Made by a program: the position numbers and the translations under genes. The notes below the pieces were generated by a model, which made no database searches, had not been told where the DNA came from, and worked only from the letters and a program-made list of their open reading frames with translations. Below, piece after piece: positions 1 to 9,357 of a stretch of 64,000 bases of DNA. The DNA lies in the IMG/VR virus record IMGVR_UViG_3300026097_000008, positions 32,001 to 96,000 of that record, one strand, 5' to 3'. This DNA comes from a virus. How positions within the stretch are numbered: the stretch's first letter is position 1; each line of letters begins with the position of its first letter.

Positions 1-30
1 GATCCCACAGTGATAGCTCACTACTTTCAT
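1..30 (-). CDS. Probable start of next gene (MKVVSYHCGI...), truncated by window edge
   Basis: ATG at 30 overlaps the end region of the upstream glycosyltransferase ORF in another frame; only 10 codons visible. Confidence 0.3.
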   Translation of the reverse strand, partial: MKVVSYHCGI

Positions 31-1684
31 TTACAGTCCTCCAAGCATAACCTGATTCCATTTCAGGTATAGTAAATTGACAGTATGCAATATGATTCAT
101 AAATGCATTCATTTCTTCTTTTGTTGGTATTTTTGGTTTGTCAATATTTTCTATCTGTGTTTCGCAAATAGCTTCTGCGGCATTAGGACCGAGTACAAGA
201 GCAGGCTTACCCTCCATTAGTGCTTCAATGCTTGCAATACTATTATAAGTTACCAAACAATGGACATCGTCTGCTAGAGCTTGTTGTATAGTTTTATTGG
301 TAACTCTTTCTGTCCTGTTGGGTTTGAGACGTATTTCGATCGGACGGTCAGTATATTGTTTTAACTGTCTTACAGTTTGTTTAACCCATTCTTCTGGAGT
401 TGGCTGACCAAACATATCCATAACTTTTAAACTAGGCGGACAAACTAAAATTTTACTTCCTGAGGTAAATTTTTTAAATTTATAACCGAACATCTTAGCT
501 CTATCATTTGGCCTATCTATAATTGGACCAATTTGTTGTACATTATTTTTTGTAATACGATGTACCCATTTAGTTTTAGTATTGCCAAAATATCCAGTAT
601 CAACTGCATAAAATGTTCTTCCGGTTTTTTTACAACTGTCGATAGCTTTTCTACTTCCGCCACCTAATCCTCTTATTAGCATCGGAGTGTTAGTATCTTT
701 TTCTTTATCCCAATTTGACAATTGCGCTTGCGAGCCTATTGCTAAACTTCTTAAGATAGGATCATACTGATGTCCGTTAGATTTATAATTAATTCCTCCT
801 TCACTATCAATTGCAATTACTTTATTTCCCATAGTGCTTTTTACCTTTTCTGTAATACTCTCCCAAGTATCGTTATAATAGTAATTATTAGGATCTATTT
901 GATAATTTAAAATTGCTCTAAATAAATCCTTCTTATCATCATCTAAACTTGTAAACTCGCCGGGCTTAGGTACTTTTAACCGATTTACACTCTTAATATA
1001 CTTTTTTTCTACAAGCAACCAATCTGCGGCATACTCACATGTTTCGTATTCTTTAAACCACGGTCCGCCTTCGGTATAATGTAAAGCACATGGATGCCCG
1101 TCTTCTGGTTCTTTATACCATCCTACTAACCAGTTCCATTGATGATGAATTTTTCCAATTAGGTTATCGTTTAACCAACTAAATCTATGTAAAAATTTAC
1201 CTGAAGTTGCTGGATTATTTACTAGTTCTTTTGTTAGTTCTCTATTAGCAGGATGACTACAATTCCATAATACCATTGAACTCCAATTTTTTCTTGGATA
1301 TTGCGTTTGCTGTTTTCCATCCATCTTAGATCCTTCATCAGGAGTGTAATCGTGATGCACACACATAATAGCTTTTTCGTTATCTATTTTTTCAAACAGT
1401 TTTTCGATGCTTACTTTAAATAAGAAATCACAGTCTATGAATAAAGCCCAACCTTCAAATTTACATAGCTCTGGAATTAAAAACCTGCTAAATGTAAATT
1501 CTGTAGATCCTAGTTTATCTTCTTGTCTCCAATACATTCCTTGTTTTCTTAATTCTTCCAACTTTAAAGGAATAATTTCTATATTTTGTGGATGATTAGC
1601 TGTATCAAGAATACTTTGTTTTGCAACCTGATATGCAATGTCTTCTCTGCTATCGTACCCTATAAATATTTTTAGTGTTTCCAT
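2..1684 (-). CDS. Two-domain glycosyltransferase: N-terminal GT-A/GT8-like domain fused to capsule-polysaccharide-modification (KpsC/KpsS-like) domain; 3' end outside window; missing from ORF track
   Basis: Manual translation from ATG 1684, directly after the TGA of the upstream gene: METLKIFIGYDSREDIAYQV...STEFTFSRF...FIDCDFLF (DxD)...YPRKNWSS...WNWL...LHYTEGGPWF, continuing in frame to ...FYAVDTGYF...ILVCPPS...LVTYNSIASIEALMEGKP. Confidence 0.75.
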   Translation of the reverse strand, partial: METLKIFIGYDSREDIAYQVAKQSILDTANHPQNIEIIPLKLEELRKQGMYWRQEDKLGSTEFTFSRFLIPELCKFEGWALFIDCDFLFKVSIEKLFEKIDNEKAIMCVHHDYTPDEGSKMDGKQQTQYPRKNWSSMVLWNCSHPANRELTKELVNNPATSGKFLHRFSWLNDNLIGKIHHQWNWLVGWYKEPEDGHPCALHYTEGGPWFKEYETCEYAADWLLVEKKYIKSVNRLKVPKPGEFTSLDDDKKDLFRAILNYQIDPNNYYYNDTWESITEKVKSTMGNKVIAIDSEGGINYKSNGHQYDPILRSLAIGSQAQLSNWDKEKDTNTPMLIRGLGGGSRKAIDSCKKTGRTFYAVDTGYFGNTKTKWVHRITKNNVQQIGPIIDRPNDRAKMFGYKFKKFTSGSKILVCPPSLKVMDMFGQPTPEEWVKQTVRQLKQYTDRPIEIRLKPNRTERVTNKTIQQALADDVHCLVTYNSIASIEALMEGKPALVLGPNAAEAICETQIENIDKPKIPTKEEMNAFMNHIAYCQFTIPEMESGYAWRTVNESSELSLWD

Positions 1685-2458
1685 TCAATCTCTTCTTTCA
1701 ATGTCTTCTTCATAGCATTTGCCCCACTGTATTTCGAGTACATGTGCATTAACACCATTGGGATTGCTTGCTTTATGCCATACTTCTTTGCCTATTTCAT
1801 AAGGCATTGCGTGGGGCTGGATGTGAACGACACTTTGTCTTCCTTCCCATTCTGTTTCCATTTTGACAATACCTTCAAGAACAAGCCATTGTTCTGAACG
1901 CTCGAAGTGCTTTTGATTGCTTAAACTCTTGCCGGGGTAAATTACAAGTTCTTTTACTTTATATCCCTTCTCTGGCTTGTCGTCTAGTACACGCCAATAG
2001 CCCCAATCGCGTTCGGTCTTTTGTGTTTTCCACTCGTCAAGTATCCAACTGCTTGAATTAGCTTTGTTACTGCCGCCTACTTTAAATTTAAATTCAACAT
2101 CGGTGTGCTCGCTGTATACTTTGTATTCAGGAGTGTTGGTGTTTATTCTATCGCCGCCGTTTGCAAATACAAGATTCCAGCTACTGCCTTTTGTTGACAA
2201 TACTTGCATAATAGCATTACACGCACTATCGTCATCATCGTTGAATGCAATTACTTCGTCGACACATGCAAGTTCTTTGATAATTGCAGCACGTTCTTCT
2301 AAGGGCATAAATGGTCTGCCTTTTTTACGTGCAAGCCATTCATCTGAATTGACACCTACTACAAGATGATCACCTAATTCCCGTGCTTCTTTAAAATATG
2401 CTATGTGCCCCGAATGCAAGGGATCAAATCCGCCAGTCACTAATACCACTGTGTTCAT
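1685..2458 (-). CDS. HxGH cytidylyltransferase (TagD/RfaE-like) fused to type II mannose-6-phosphate isomerase-like cupin
   Basis: GGFDPLHSGH, GVNSDEW, FANGGDR; C-terminal RDWGYW...YKVKELVIYPGKSLSNQKHFERSEQW. Confidence 0.85.
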   Translation of the reverse strand: MNTVVLVTGGFDPLHSGHIAYFKEARELGDHLVVGVNSDEWLARKKGRPFMPLEERAAIIKELACVDEVIAFNDDDDSACNAIMQVLSTKGSSWNLVFANGGDRINTNTPEYKVYSEHTDVEFKFKVGGSNKANSSSWILDEWKTQKTERDWGYWRVLDDKPEKGYKVKELVIYPGKSLSNQKHFERSEQWLVLEGIVKMETEWEGRQSVVHIQPHAMPYEIGKEVWHKASNPNGVNAHVLEIQWGKCYEEDIERRD

Positions 2459-2463
2459 GTAGA

Positions 2464-2471
2464 TATTTATA
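2464..2471 (-). promoter_or_regulatory. T4-type late promoter TATAAATA
   Basis: Exact T4 late consensus, 5 nt upstream of ATG 2458. Confidence 0.7.
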
Positions 2472-2493
2472 TTAGTAGTTTATTTTGTGAATT

Positions 2494-3180
2494 TTATTTG
2501 ACTTGTACATACTGTGATCTGTCAACTGTACCTTTAGGTATTTTTTTAATTGTGCGTTCTGGCCAACGAAATCTATGTTTACTCTTATAATGTATAAGTT
2601 TAGCATGCATTTGCGGTTTCTTAAAATAAAAGTTATTATATATATCGCACGGAAAAACATGAATGTTTGTATTATGTCTTGTGACTGTTGTGCCTGTATC
2701 ACTAGAACTAACATGACATAGCTTATTAAGTTCAACTTGATCACTTACTGCTGTTTCACATTGATTGATCCATTGTTTTACAAAATTTTCTGCACGAATG
2801 CTATTCCTAACAAAAACTACACCTGCATTAATAGGCAATCCGTTTTCTTTGTCTTTAGGATTTCTGCCTGTCACACCTATATCAAAATTTTGCATTGTAA
2901 TTTCGTCAAATCTGTCCCAAACAATTACATCAGCGTCGATCCACACGACATAATCATTTTTTGGAATGTTTTTCATAGCATCATATATAATACTGGGCTT
3001 GCAAGGAATCTTTGCTCCTATGTTATCGCTTACCCTTCCTGTAAAAGGTTTTCCAGTATCTAACCCGCCCAAATCGTATATTGTTGTTTTGTACCCTAGT
3101 GTCTTTGAAGAGTCAGCGCATTTATAAACATATTCTTTAAAATTAGCATCAGCTGCTGTAATAACGTGTATATCGCTCAT
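2494..3180 (-). CDS. Nucleotide-diphospho-sugar transferase (GT-A fold)
   Basis: VVWIDADV (DxD), INAGVVF, SDQVELN, LIHYK motifs. Confidence 0.75.
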   Translation of the reverse strand: MSDIHVITAADANFKEYVYKCADSSKTLGYKTTIYDLGGLDTGKPFTGRVSDNIGAKIPCKPSIIYDAMKNIPKNDYVVWIDADVIVWDRFDEITMQNFDIGVTGRNPKDKENGLPINAGVVFVRNSIRAENFVKQWINQCETAVSDQVELNKLCHVSSSDTGTTVTRHNTNIHVFPCDIYNNFYFKKPQMHAKLIHYKSKHRFRWPERTIKKIPKGTVDRSQYVQVK

Positions 3181-4493
3181 TAATTTTTTCCTTTTTCTGT
3201 GACATGAAATCCACGTTTTTCTCTTTCTTGGAATGGAAAATTATTGATTTCTAAATATTCAGCAAGAGCATTCTTATATTTCTTATTTTTGCAATCTGCA
3301 GACAACCATAAAAATTCTTGAACTAAATCTCTATCTAAAAATGGATACCTAGTTTCTATGCCATAATTTCCTGCTACATATTCTTCTTTATTTAGATATT
3401 GTATTTGTGTTCCATCCCAAAAACTATGCCACGGAAAAAACCCTTCTAACGAGTCTGGAAATAACCCGCCAAAAGAACTGTGTTTATAGATCTTTTTACC
3501 TGCAAATCCGTAGTCGCTTAATATTTCGTCAGCACCTTGACCACTAAAATAGATTCTTTGATTTCTGTGGTTAGCATATTTACATATAGTTGTTAACCCG
3601 ACACTTGCTTGATCTTTTTTAATATCGTAATCAAAAAATTTATCTTTGTAAAAAAAGTCTTCACATGTATCTCTTAGCTGTTTTCTATTTGCTTTAAATT
3701 CTTCAGGCTTCATGTCTATTTTTACAACATCTTTGATAATAGAAAATCTTTTATTTAGAACATCGTGGTTTTCATTGTTAATAATACTATATGCAGTAAA
3801 CTTTTTATTTTGTTTTGTTAATTCGCAAGCAATCGCACCACTATCATACCCACTACTCAATCCCAAAAACATTCCTTTTTCTGTGTTAATAGATCTTTTT
3901 TGTATGCTTGTTTGAAATGCACTAATCCAGTCATCATATGTATTCTTATGTTGACGTAGATCAAAATTAAAATTTTGAAATTCGTTTGTTTGCGTGTGGC
4001 TCTTTAGATCAAATATCTTAGTAGTGTTTGCATTTAGTTTTTGAGCGTTTGAAAACCCAAGTTGTGTAAGCTGGCTTTTATAACTAGCAACAGCAAATCC
4101 ATTAGAAAAATCAAACCAAAGAGGTTTGCATGCAAATGTATCTGTACTAATAATTATTTTATTTCTAGCAAAATCTATCAAACAAAGAGCAAACTCTCCG
4201 TCGAGTAATTTTGTAAATTGTTCACCATGTTCTAAATACAAGTCTATTAGACAGTCACCGTCTGACTGATAATCACCGAACGTTTGGAAATTATATATTT
4301 CTCCATTAAAAACACATGCAATGTCGTTCTTGTAAAAAGGTTGTGATGTGTATGTTCCTGTAATGTGCAATAGATTATGTAAAAATTGCACACCATGTAT
4401 TGTTTTAATATTCGTAAGATCAGGTCCACGTTTTTTACAAAACTGATTCGACATTCCTATAGAACCTACGTTTGTGACACCAAACCCACACAT
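3180..4493 (-). CDS. Asparagine synthetase B-like glutamine amidotransferase
   Basis: N-terminal MCG (Ntn Cys), RGPD, FNGEIYN, LDGEFA, PP-loop LSSGYDS, SGQGADE, ETRYPFLD. Confidence 0.85.
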   Translation of the reverse strand: MCGFGVTNVGSIGMSNQFCKKRGPDLTNIKTIHGVQFLHNLLHITGTYTSQPFYKNDIACVFNGEIYNFQTFGDYQSDGDCLIDLYLEHGEQFTKLLDGEFALCLIDFARNKIIISTDTFACKPLWFDFSNGFAVASYKSQLTQLGFSNAQKLNANTTKIFDLKSHTQTNEFQNFNFDLRQHKNTYDDWISAFQTSIQKRSINTEKGMFLGLSSGYDSGAIACELTKQNKKFTAYSIINNENHDVLNKRFSIIKDVVKIDMKPEEFKANRKQLRDTCEDFFYKDKFFDYDIKKDQASVGLTTICKYANHRNQRIYFSGQGADEILSDYGFAGKKIYKHSSFGGLFPDSLEGFFPWHSFWDGTQIQYLNKEEYVAGNYGIETRYPFLDRDLVQEFLWLSADCKNKKYKNALAEYLEINNFPFQEREKRGFHVTEKGKN

Positions 4494-5153
4494 TTATTTT
4501 TTTATCCTTTCTGGATTTCTTTTATCTCTACCATCAATATACATTCCGCCCACTGGACCTGGCAATACATGTATTTTAGAAAGGAGTTCATCTGGATTTA
4601 TAAATCTATCTCCTGTTTTCTTCACAGCATACAGTCTCCATTTAGAAATAGATTTTGATGTATGAGGTAATATTGCTGTATCTATAAATTCATAATCCGA
4701 AAGTTTAGTTATATTTTCCCAAAAAGATAAATCATAATAATATTGACAATGTCCTCGTTTAGTAAATTCAATATCAGGACCGATATGTATGGCAATTCCG
4801 CCAATTTTCAAACTATTATGAACATTTAGGAATGCTGTATGTTGCGATTCATATGGTTCGACATGTTCAATTGTTCCTGCATTTGTGATTACGTCAAAGT
4901 ATTCTTTGTATTCTAAAAAGTCCTCTAACTTTGACAAATCTTTAGCCAAAGCACCATGCAATCCATTTAAATCTACAGAAATGTGTTCATATCCTAGTCT
5001 AGTAAAATATTCCTTGCCTGTAGTTTCAGTTATTTGTTTGTCTGGACGAATTACTTGATTACCAAGTTCTAACATTTTTAGACCATTAGTTGAATCATAT
5101 ACTTTTCCAATCTGGTCATTTATCCAATTTAGATATGACGTCTTATACCCCAT
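4494..5153 (-). CDS. Class I SAM-dependent methyltransferase
   Basis: MLELGNQ motif I, ISVDLN, FDVITNAGTIEHV, LKIGG. Confidence 0.7.
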   Translation of the reverse strand: MGYKTSYLNWINDQIGKVYDSTNGLKMLELGNQVIRPDKQITETTGKEYFTRLGYEHISVDLNGLHGALAKDLSKLEDFLEYKEYFDVITNAGTIEHVEPYESQHTAFLNVHNSLKIGGIAIHIGPDIEFTKRGHCQYYYDLSFWENITKLSDYEFIDTAILPHTSKSISKWRLYAVKKTGDRFINPDELLSKIHVLPGPVGGMYIDGRDKRNPERIKK

Positions 5154-5741
5154 TTACAACTTCCGTTTTATGAAAAATAATCCACTTTCGTTTATGTGTT
5201 TTCCATTTTCATTATTAAATTTAGTGCCGGTAGACAATTTTCTAATAGTTAATGAATCTTCTTCGCTCCATTCAAAACCTCTGCTATCCATGTGTTCTAT
5301 CCAATAGTCCTGCCACTGGCAGTTTACATGATGATGACCACGTTGCCCTGGAGTTCCGTGAGTCATAAAAATATATCTTCCGCAACATAAAGTATCTAAT
5401 AAATTACTAATAAACTTTTCTTCTACATGCTCAACTACTTCAACACAATTTACCATATCAACTGGTGCTATATAACTTTGCTCTGTCAAGTCGACCTTAA
5501 CTGTAGGAAATATAGCATTGTCTACATTCTTTTGCAAACCTTCTATCGCGATAGATTCTAAACCTTGTTCTGAAAACCATTTAGGTGCATGCCCGTATCC
5601 GCTGCCTACATCCATTACCGACTTAATTTTATACTTTTCTATAACATAATTCCAACTCTCTGGGCAAAAAGTGTGTCTATTTAACTCAACATTGTTTCCA
5701 CCTAAGTGTGGGTGTGCATCGTCTAATACAACTTTTGTCAT
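5154..5741 (-). CDS. Class I SAM-dependent methyltransferase
   Basis: SVMDVGSGYG, CVEVVEHV, PGQRGHHHVN; SD AAGGAG upstream. Confidence 0.8.
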   Translation of the reverse strand: MTKVVLDDAHPHLGGNNVELNRHTFCPESWNYVIEKYKIKSVMDVGSGYGHAPKWFSEQGLESIAIEGLQKNVDNAIFPTVKVDLTEQSYIAPVDMVNCVEVVEHVEEKFISNLLDTLCCGRYIFMTHGTPGQRGHHHVNCQWQDYWIEHMDSRGFEWSEEDSLTIRKLSTGTKFNNENGKHINESGLFFIKRKL

Positions 5742-5762
5742 AAACTCTCCTTAAACAATTAC

Positions 5763-6371
5763 TTATTCGTTAATGTAATACTCAAAATTATTTCTTTCTT
5801 TAAGAATTTTTTCAGTGAAAAATAGCTCTTCTTTACCCCAATCATGTCCTTTTTGACGTTCATCTTTTTTTCTCTTCCTTGTATAGTTGTAAAAGGTATG
5901 AGTTTTTTTCCAATCAAAACCATATATATTTACTTGCCTCGGTTTTGCAAAGGTTAAAAAGTACAAAAAAACAAGTCCTATAGAGGGACGCAAATCATTA
6001 GAAAAATTTCCATAATCTTGTATTTTTTGTAAAATAAAGCTAGGCATGATATATATTGGATTAGGTAGAGATTTAGAAAAATCTCTTGGATTTTGATATA
6101 CTTGCATCCAATTTGCATTTGTATCTAAACTAAATAGGTCGACCGACTTTGCCCAATTTTCATTATTATAAACTATCCAGTCAGTTTTAGATCCGTGTGT
6201 TTTATAACTATCATGATTTATTCCTAGATTAAATCTGCAAACAATATCATTATTATCTATATGCCTACCAAATTTTCTCTGATATAAAGATCGTGCATTA
6301 CCTACAACAGCTATCGATTTGTTTTCAAACAACTTGTATAGGTCTTGGTGTACAATATCTAATAGAGGCAT
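5763..6371 (-). CDS. GT29 (sialyltransferase)-like glycosyltransferase
   Basis: Sialylmotif-L-like KSIAVVGNA...IDNNDIVCRFN...GSKTD; motif-S-like PSIG...IYGFD; VS-like HDWGKE. Confidence 0.7.
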   Translation of the reverse strand: MPLLDIVHQDLYKLFENKSIAVVGNARSLYQRKFGRHIDNNDIVCRFNLGINHDSYKTHGSKTDWIVYNNENWAKSVDLFSLDTNANWMQVYQNPRDFSKSLPNPIYIMPSFILQKIQDYGNFSNDLRPSIGLVFLYFLTFAKPRQVNIYGFDWKKTHTFYNYTRKRKKDERQKGHDWGKEELFFTEKILKERNNFEYYINE

Positions 6372-6826
6372 TACAAACTAGCGTCTTCCATTCCCGCTAC
6401 ACGTAGCTTGACTACATTTGTTATCTGCCATTGCTTTTGATCAAGTGCTTTGAGTACACCCAACCACTTATTGCGCATAAGAGCAAATTCGTTAATAATT
6501 TTTTCGTAGTCAACAACGTCTGCCTCACCGTCTACGTATTTTTCAACGTCACGGCTTGACAGAGCTCGTTGATAGTTTTCAAGATATTTCTTAAAGTACG
6601 AGCTACGCAATCTACGTAGCTCGATGTTTAAGTAGTTTAAGATTGCTTCAATTTCTTGAAGCTGATTGAAACGATGTTCAACAATGCCTGGCATAGCAGC
6701 CGCAGCCTTTTCAACATTACCCACAAGTTTACACTCGTTTTTTGCTTCGCTAAGTTGTGTTTCAAAATATGCAACAGCATCAGGTATCTTACTAATGTCA
6801 CGACTAACTTCGCTATACCAGCCCAT
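6371..6826 (-). CDS. uvsY: UvsY-like recombination mediator
   Basis: 151-aa helical protein with DVEKYVDGEAD and C-terminal KQWQITNVVKLRVAG; located downstream of uvsX. Confidence 0.75.
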   Translation of the reverse strand: MGWYSEVSRDISKIPDAVAYFETQLSEAKNECKLVGNVEKAAAAMPGIVEHRFNQLQEIEAILNYLNIELRRLRSSYFKKYLENYQRALSSRDVEKYVDGEADVVDYEKIINEFALMRNKWLGVLKALDQKQWQITNVVKLRVAGMEDASL

Positions 6827-7059
6827 TATTCATCCCATTTGTCTTCTTCTTCAAATACTTCGTCTTCGTCTAGATCTAAATAGTAATTAATTGCATGATC
6901 CAATGTAGCATCTGTACCTAACAAATCAGTAAATGCTTCATCACTTACACCATAATCAGCCATTAAATCTACAAAACGTTCAGCAGCCATCTCGACATGT
7001 TTTTTGTCAAGATATTCTTTAAACATCATCCAAACATCAGCAATTTGTTCTTCATTCAT
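6826..7059 (-). CDS. Small acidic hypothetical protein
   Basis: 77-aa ORF overlapping uvsX stop and uvsY start. Confidence 0.7.
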   Translation of the reverse strand: MNEEQIADVWMMFKEYLDKKHVEMAAERFVDLMADYGVSDEAFTDLLGTDATLDHAINYYLDLDEDEVFEEEDKWDE

Positions 7060-8143
7060 TAGTAGTAGTTTCCTCGATCAGTTCGTCAGTTGCTTCTTCG
7101 TCAACTTCTGAGGTATTTACCTCTTGAGTCTCTTTAATTAAGTAATCTGACATAACCTTATCGAGTAGCGGGCCTACCCATTTTTTACGATATTCAAGAA
7201 TTTCTTCACCTTCAAGTGTAGTATACTTCAAGCGATTACCACTCTTTTCAATAACGCCTTTTGCTTCAAATAGTTCAAGCAAGCCGCTATATGGATTCAT
7301 ACCTGTTTCGTATGGAATCTTAACCTGTACACCTTCAAACGGTTTAGCATAACGAGTCTTCATAACCTTACAGCCTGCACGAATACCGCGCACTTCTGAA
7401 ATCTTATTGCCGTCCTCGTCTTCTTTTAGTTTTAACTTCTTCATTGCAACAACAATACTACTTGCATATATAAAGCCTTGACCACCTGAGATCTTATCAT
7501 CTGGGTCAAACATGTCCTGACTTGCATATGTATGGTTAGTACACACCAGACCTACATTATAAGAACCAATCATGTTAACTGTATTACGCACAAGTGATGT
7601 TAGTGCTTTAGGCTTACGGCCCATGTCACCTTTCATATCACCTTTGTTAAACTGATCAACATCAGTAGGTGTTAGCAACATACCTAATGAGTCAATAACA
7701 AATAATACCTTAGGACGATCTTCTTCGTTCATTGCTTTGTAGTCTGCCATAAACGTACTAACAGTCTTAGCAACGTCGTCAATCATTGACATGTTTAGTT
7801 TAAGTAGTTTTTCTTCTGAAGTGTCTACGTCAAGTGCTTTTAGCCATGCTTCGTCAAGTGCGTTTTCTGAATCGATAAGCACAACAAAGATGCCTTGATC
7901 TTGTGCATATTTTACAATATTACCTGCACAGATATATGATTTACCTGCACCTGACTCGCCTGCAAACACTGTGACTTTACCTAGAGGAACACCTTTATTC
8001 CAGTCGCCTGAAATAAGATAGTTGAGTGCAAAATTGCCTGTTGAAATCCAATCTGTTGGATCGTTAAAACCACTACTCATACCTGTAATGGATTTTGTTA
8101 GTGAAGTCCGAAACTTTGTCGGATCAAATGCCTTATTCGCCAT
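7052..8143 (-). CDS. uvsX: UvsX/RecA-like recombinase
   Basis: Walker A GESGAGKS, IDSENA, Walker B VIDSLG, KGDMG, SGG; start reassigned to ATG 8143 behind SD AGGAG. Confidence 0.93.
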   Translation of the reverse strand: MANKAFDPTKFRTSLTKSITGMSSGFNDPTDWISTGNFALNYLISGDWNKGVPLGKVTVFAGESGAGKSYICAGNIVKYAQDQGIFVVLIDSENALDEAWLKALDVDTSEEKLLKLNMSMIDDVAKTVSTFMADYKAMNEEDRPKVLFVIDSLGMLLTPTDVDQFNKGDMKGDMGRKPKALTSLVRNTVNMIGSYNVGLVCTNHTYASQDMFDPDDKISGGQGFIYASSIVVAMKKLKLKEDEDGNKISEVRGIRAGCKVMKTRYAKPFEGVQVKIPYETGMNPYSGLLELFEAKGVIEKSGNRLKYTTLEGEEILEYRKKWVGPLLDKVMSDYLIKETQEVNTSEVDEEATDELIEETTTNE

Positions 8144-8167
8144 AATGTCTCCTAATCTAAAAAGCGT

Positions 8168-8207
8168 AAAGAACCCCCAAGCAGTTCTTTCCAGCAACTG
8201 ATGGGGG
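8168..8207 (-). terminator. Irregular GC-rich hairpin with short U tract between gp32 and uvsX
   Basis: CCCCCA-T-CAGTT-G-CT-GGAA-AG-AACTG-CT-TGGGGG followed by TTCTTT. Confidence 0.55.
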
Positions 8208-8215
8208 CCGTGTTA

Positions 8216-9226
8216 TTACTGTCCTTGACGTGCGCGGATCATTGCAAGAATGTCCTGTGCGCCGCCGCCTTCTGCAGGAGCCGCTTCAGCCTCTGGTGCT
8301 GGAGTTGGCTCAGGTGCTGCCTCTGCTACTGGAGCAGGTGCTGCCTCTGGCATTGGTGCTGGAGTTGGTGTCGGAGCACTTTGGCTAGTAGCAGTTGCCT
8401 GTGGGCTTGCTGCCACTTGCGGGTCACCTGTACGCTGTGCCATACCTGCTGGGCGGAAGTATTGTCCCCAACGATCTGCATCATATGCTTCACCGTCTAC
8501 CGACGCTTCAAACATTTCTTGCATTACTTTAAGTTCAACATCAGTTGGCTTTTTAGGTAGGAAGTCGTTTAGATCAAACAACCCGTGTGTGTTAACTGCA
8601 TTCATTTCTGCATCACCTAGTGGACGCTCGCGACGTGCCCAGTTAGATGTTGAATAGTCTGCATAGCCGCCTTTAGATGTTTTGTTAAGACGGAAGTCCA
8701 CACCTGCTGTGTAATCTGTTGGCAATTCTTCCATGTCTGGATCCATAAGCGCCTGCTTAATGATCTGGAAGATTTGAGGTCCAATAATGAATCGACGAAT
8801 CGGATTCTCGGGAGCCTCATCATCTGCGATTGGATTGTCTGTGACAAAACCTTGGAAAATATAAGAGCGTTTTTTCCAGTATTTACGCCCCATATCTTCT
8901 AGTGAAGGATCTTTAAACCATCCACGTACTTCGTTGAGAATATTACAAGTCTCGCCATACATTTCCATACATGGAATTTGTACTTGTACTGGACGTGAAT
9001 CTGTTTCACCTTTTACGCCAGCAAACGGAAGTTTGATAACCAAACGCTCTTTCCAAAAGAAAGTGTTGTCTGCATTACCGTCAGGAAGGAAACGTAGAGT
9101 TGCACTCTCGCCTTCTTTCATATTCCAAAATGGATAAATTGGGTTTGGACCGCTTGGTCCTTTGTTGCCGCCAGCGTTTGCTTCTTGCGCTTTAAGTTTA
9201 GCTCGAATTTCTGCTAATGATGCCAT
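8216..9226 (-). CDS. gp32: Single-stranded DNA-binding protein (T4 gp32-like)
   Basis: ATLRFLPDG, CMEMYGETC, YWKKRSY, GYADYSTS; Pro/Ala/Glu-rich tail; start at ATG 9226 behind SD AGGAG. Confidence 0.88.
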   Translation of the reverse strand: MASLAEIRAKLKAQEANAGGNKGPSGPNPIYPFWNMKEGESATLRFLPDGNADNTFFWKERLVIKLPFAGVKGETDSRPVQVQIPCMEMYGETCNILNEVRGWFKDPSLEDMGRKYWKKRSYIFQGFVTDNPIADDEAPENPIRRFIIGPQIFQIIKQALMDPDMEELPTDYTAGVDFRLNKTSKGGYADYSTSNWARRERPLGDAEMNAVNTHGLFDLNDFLPKKPTDVELKVMQEMFEASVDGEAYDADRWGQYFRPAGMAQRTGDPQVAASPQATATSQSAPTPTPAPMPEAAPAPVAEAAPEPTPAPEAEAAPAEGGGAQDILAMIRARQGQ

Positions 9227-9291
9227 AGTGCCTTTTCTCCTATAATGTTTGCCTATATGCGTTGTGCCTTTAATTGTATAGCACATGTTAT

Positions 9292-9320
9292 ATACTACAC
9301 AACTTTATTTATCTTGTCAA
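9292..9320 (-). promoter_or_regulatory. Sigma70 promoter for gp32-uvsX operon, with a late-promoter motif nested in its spacer
   Basis: TTGACA-17 bp-TAGTAT; GATAAATA at 9306-9313. Confidence 0.75.
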
Positions 9321-9357
9321 CCTATAATTGCCAAGATTTTCAAGAATTTAGCCGAAC

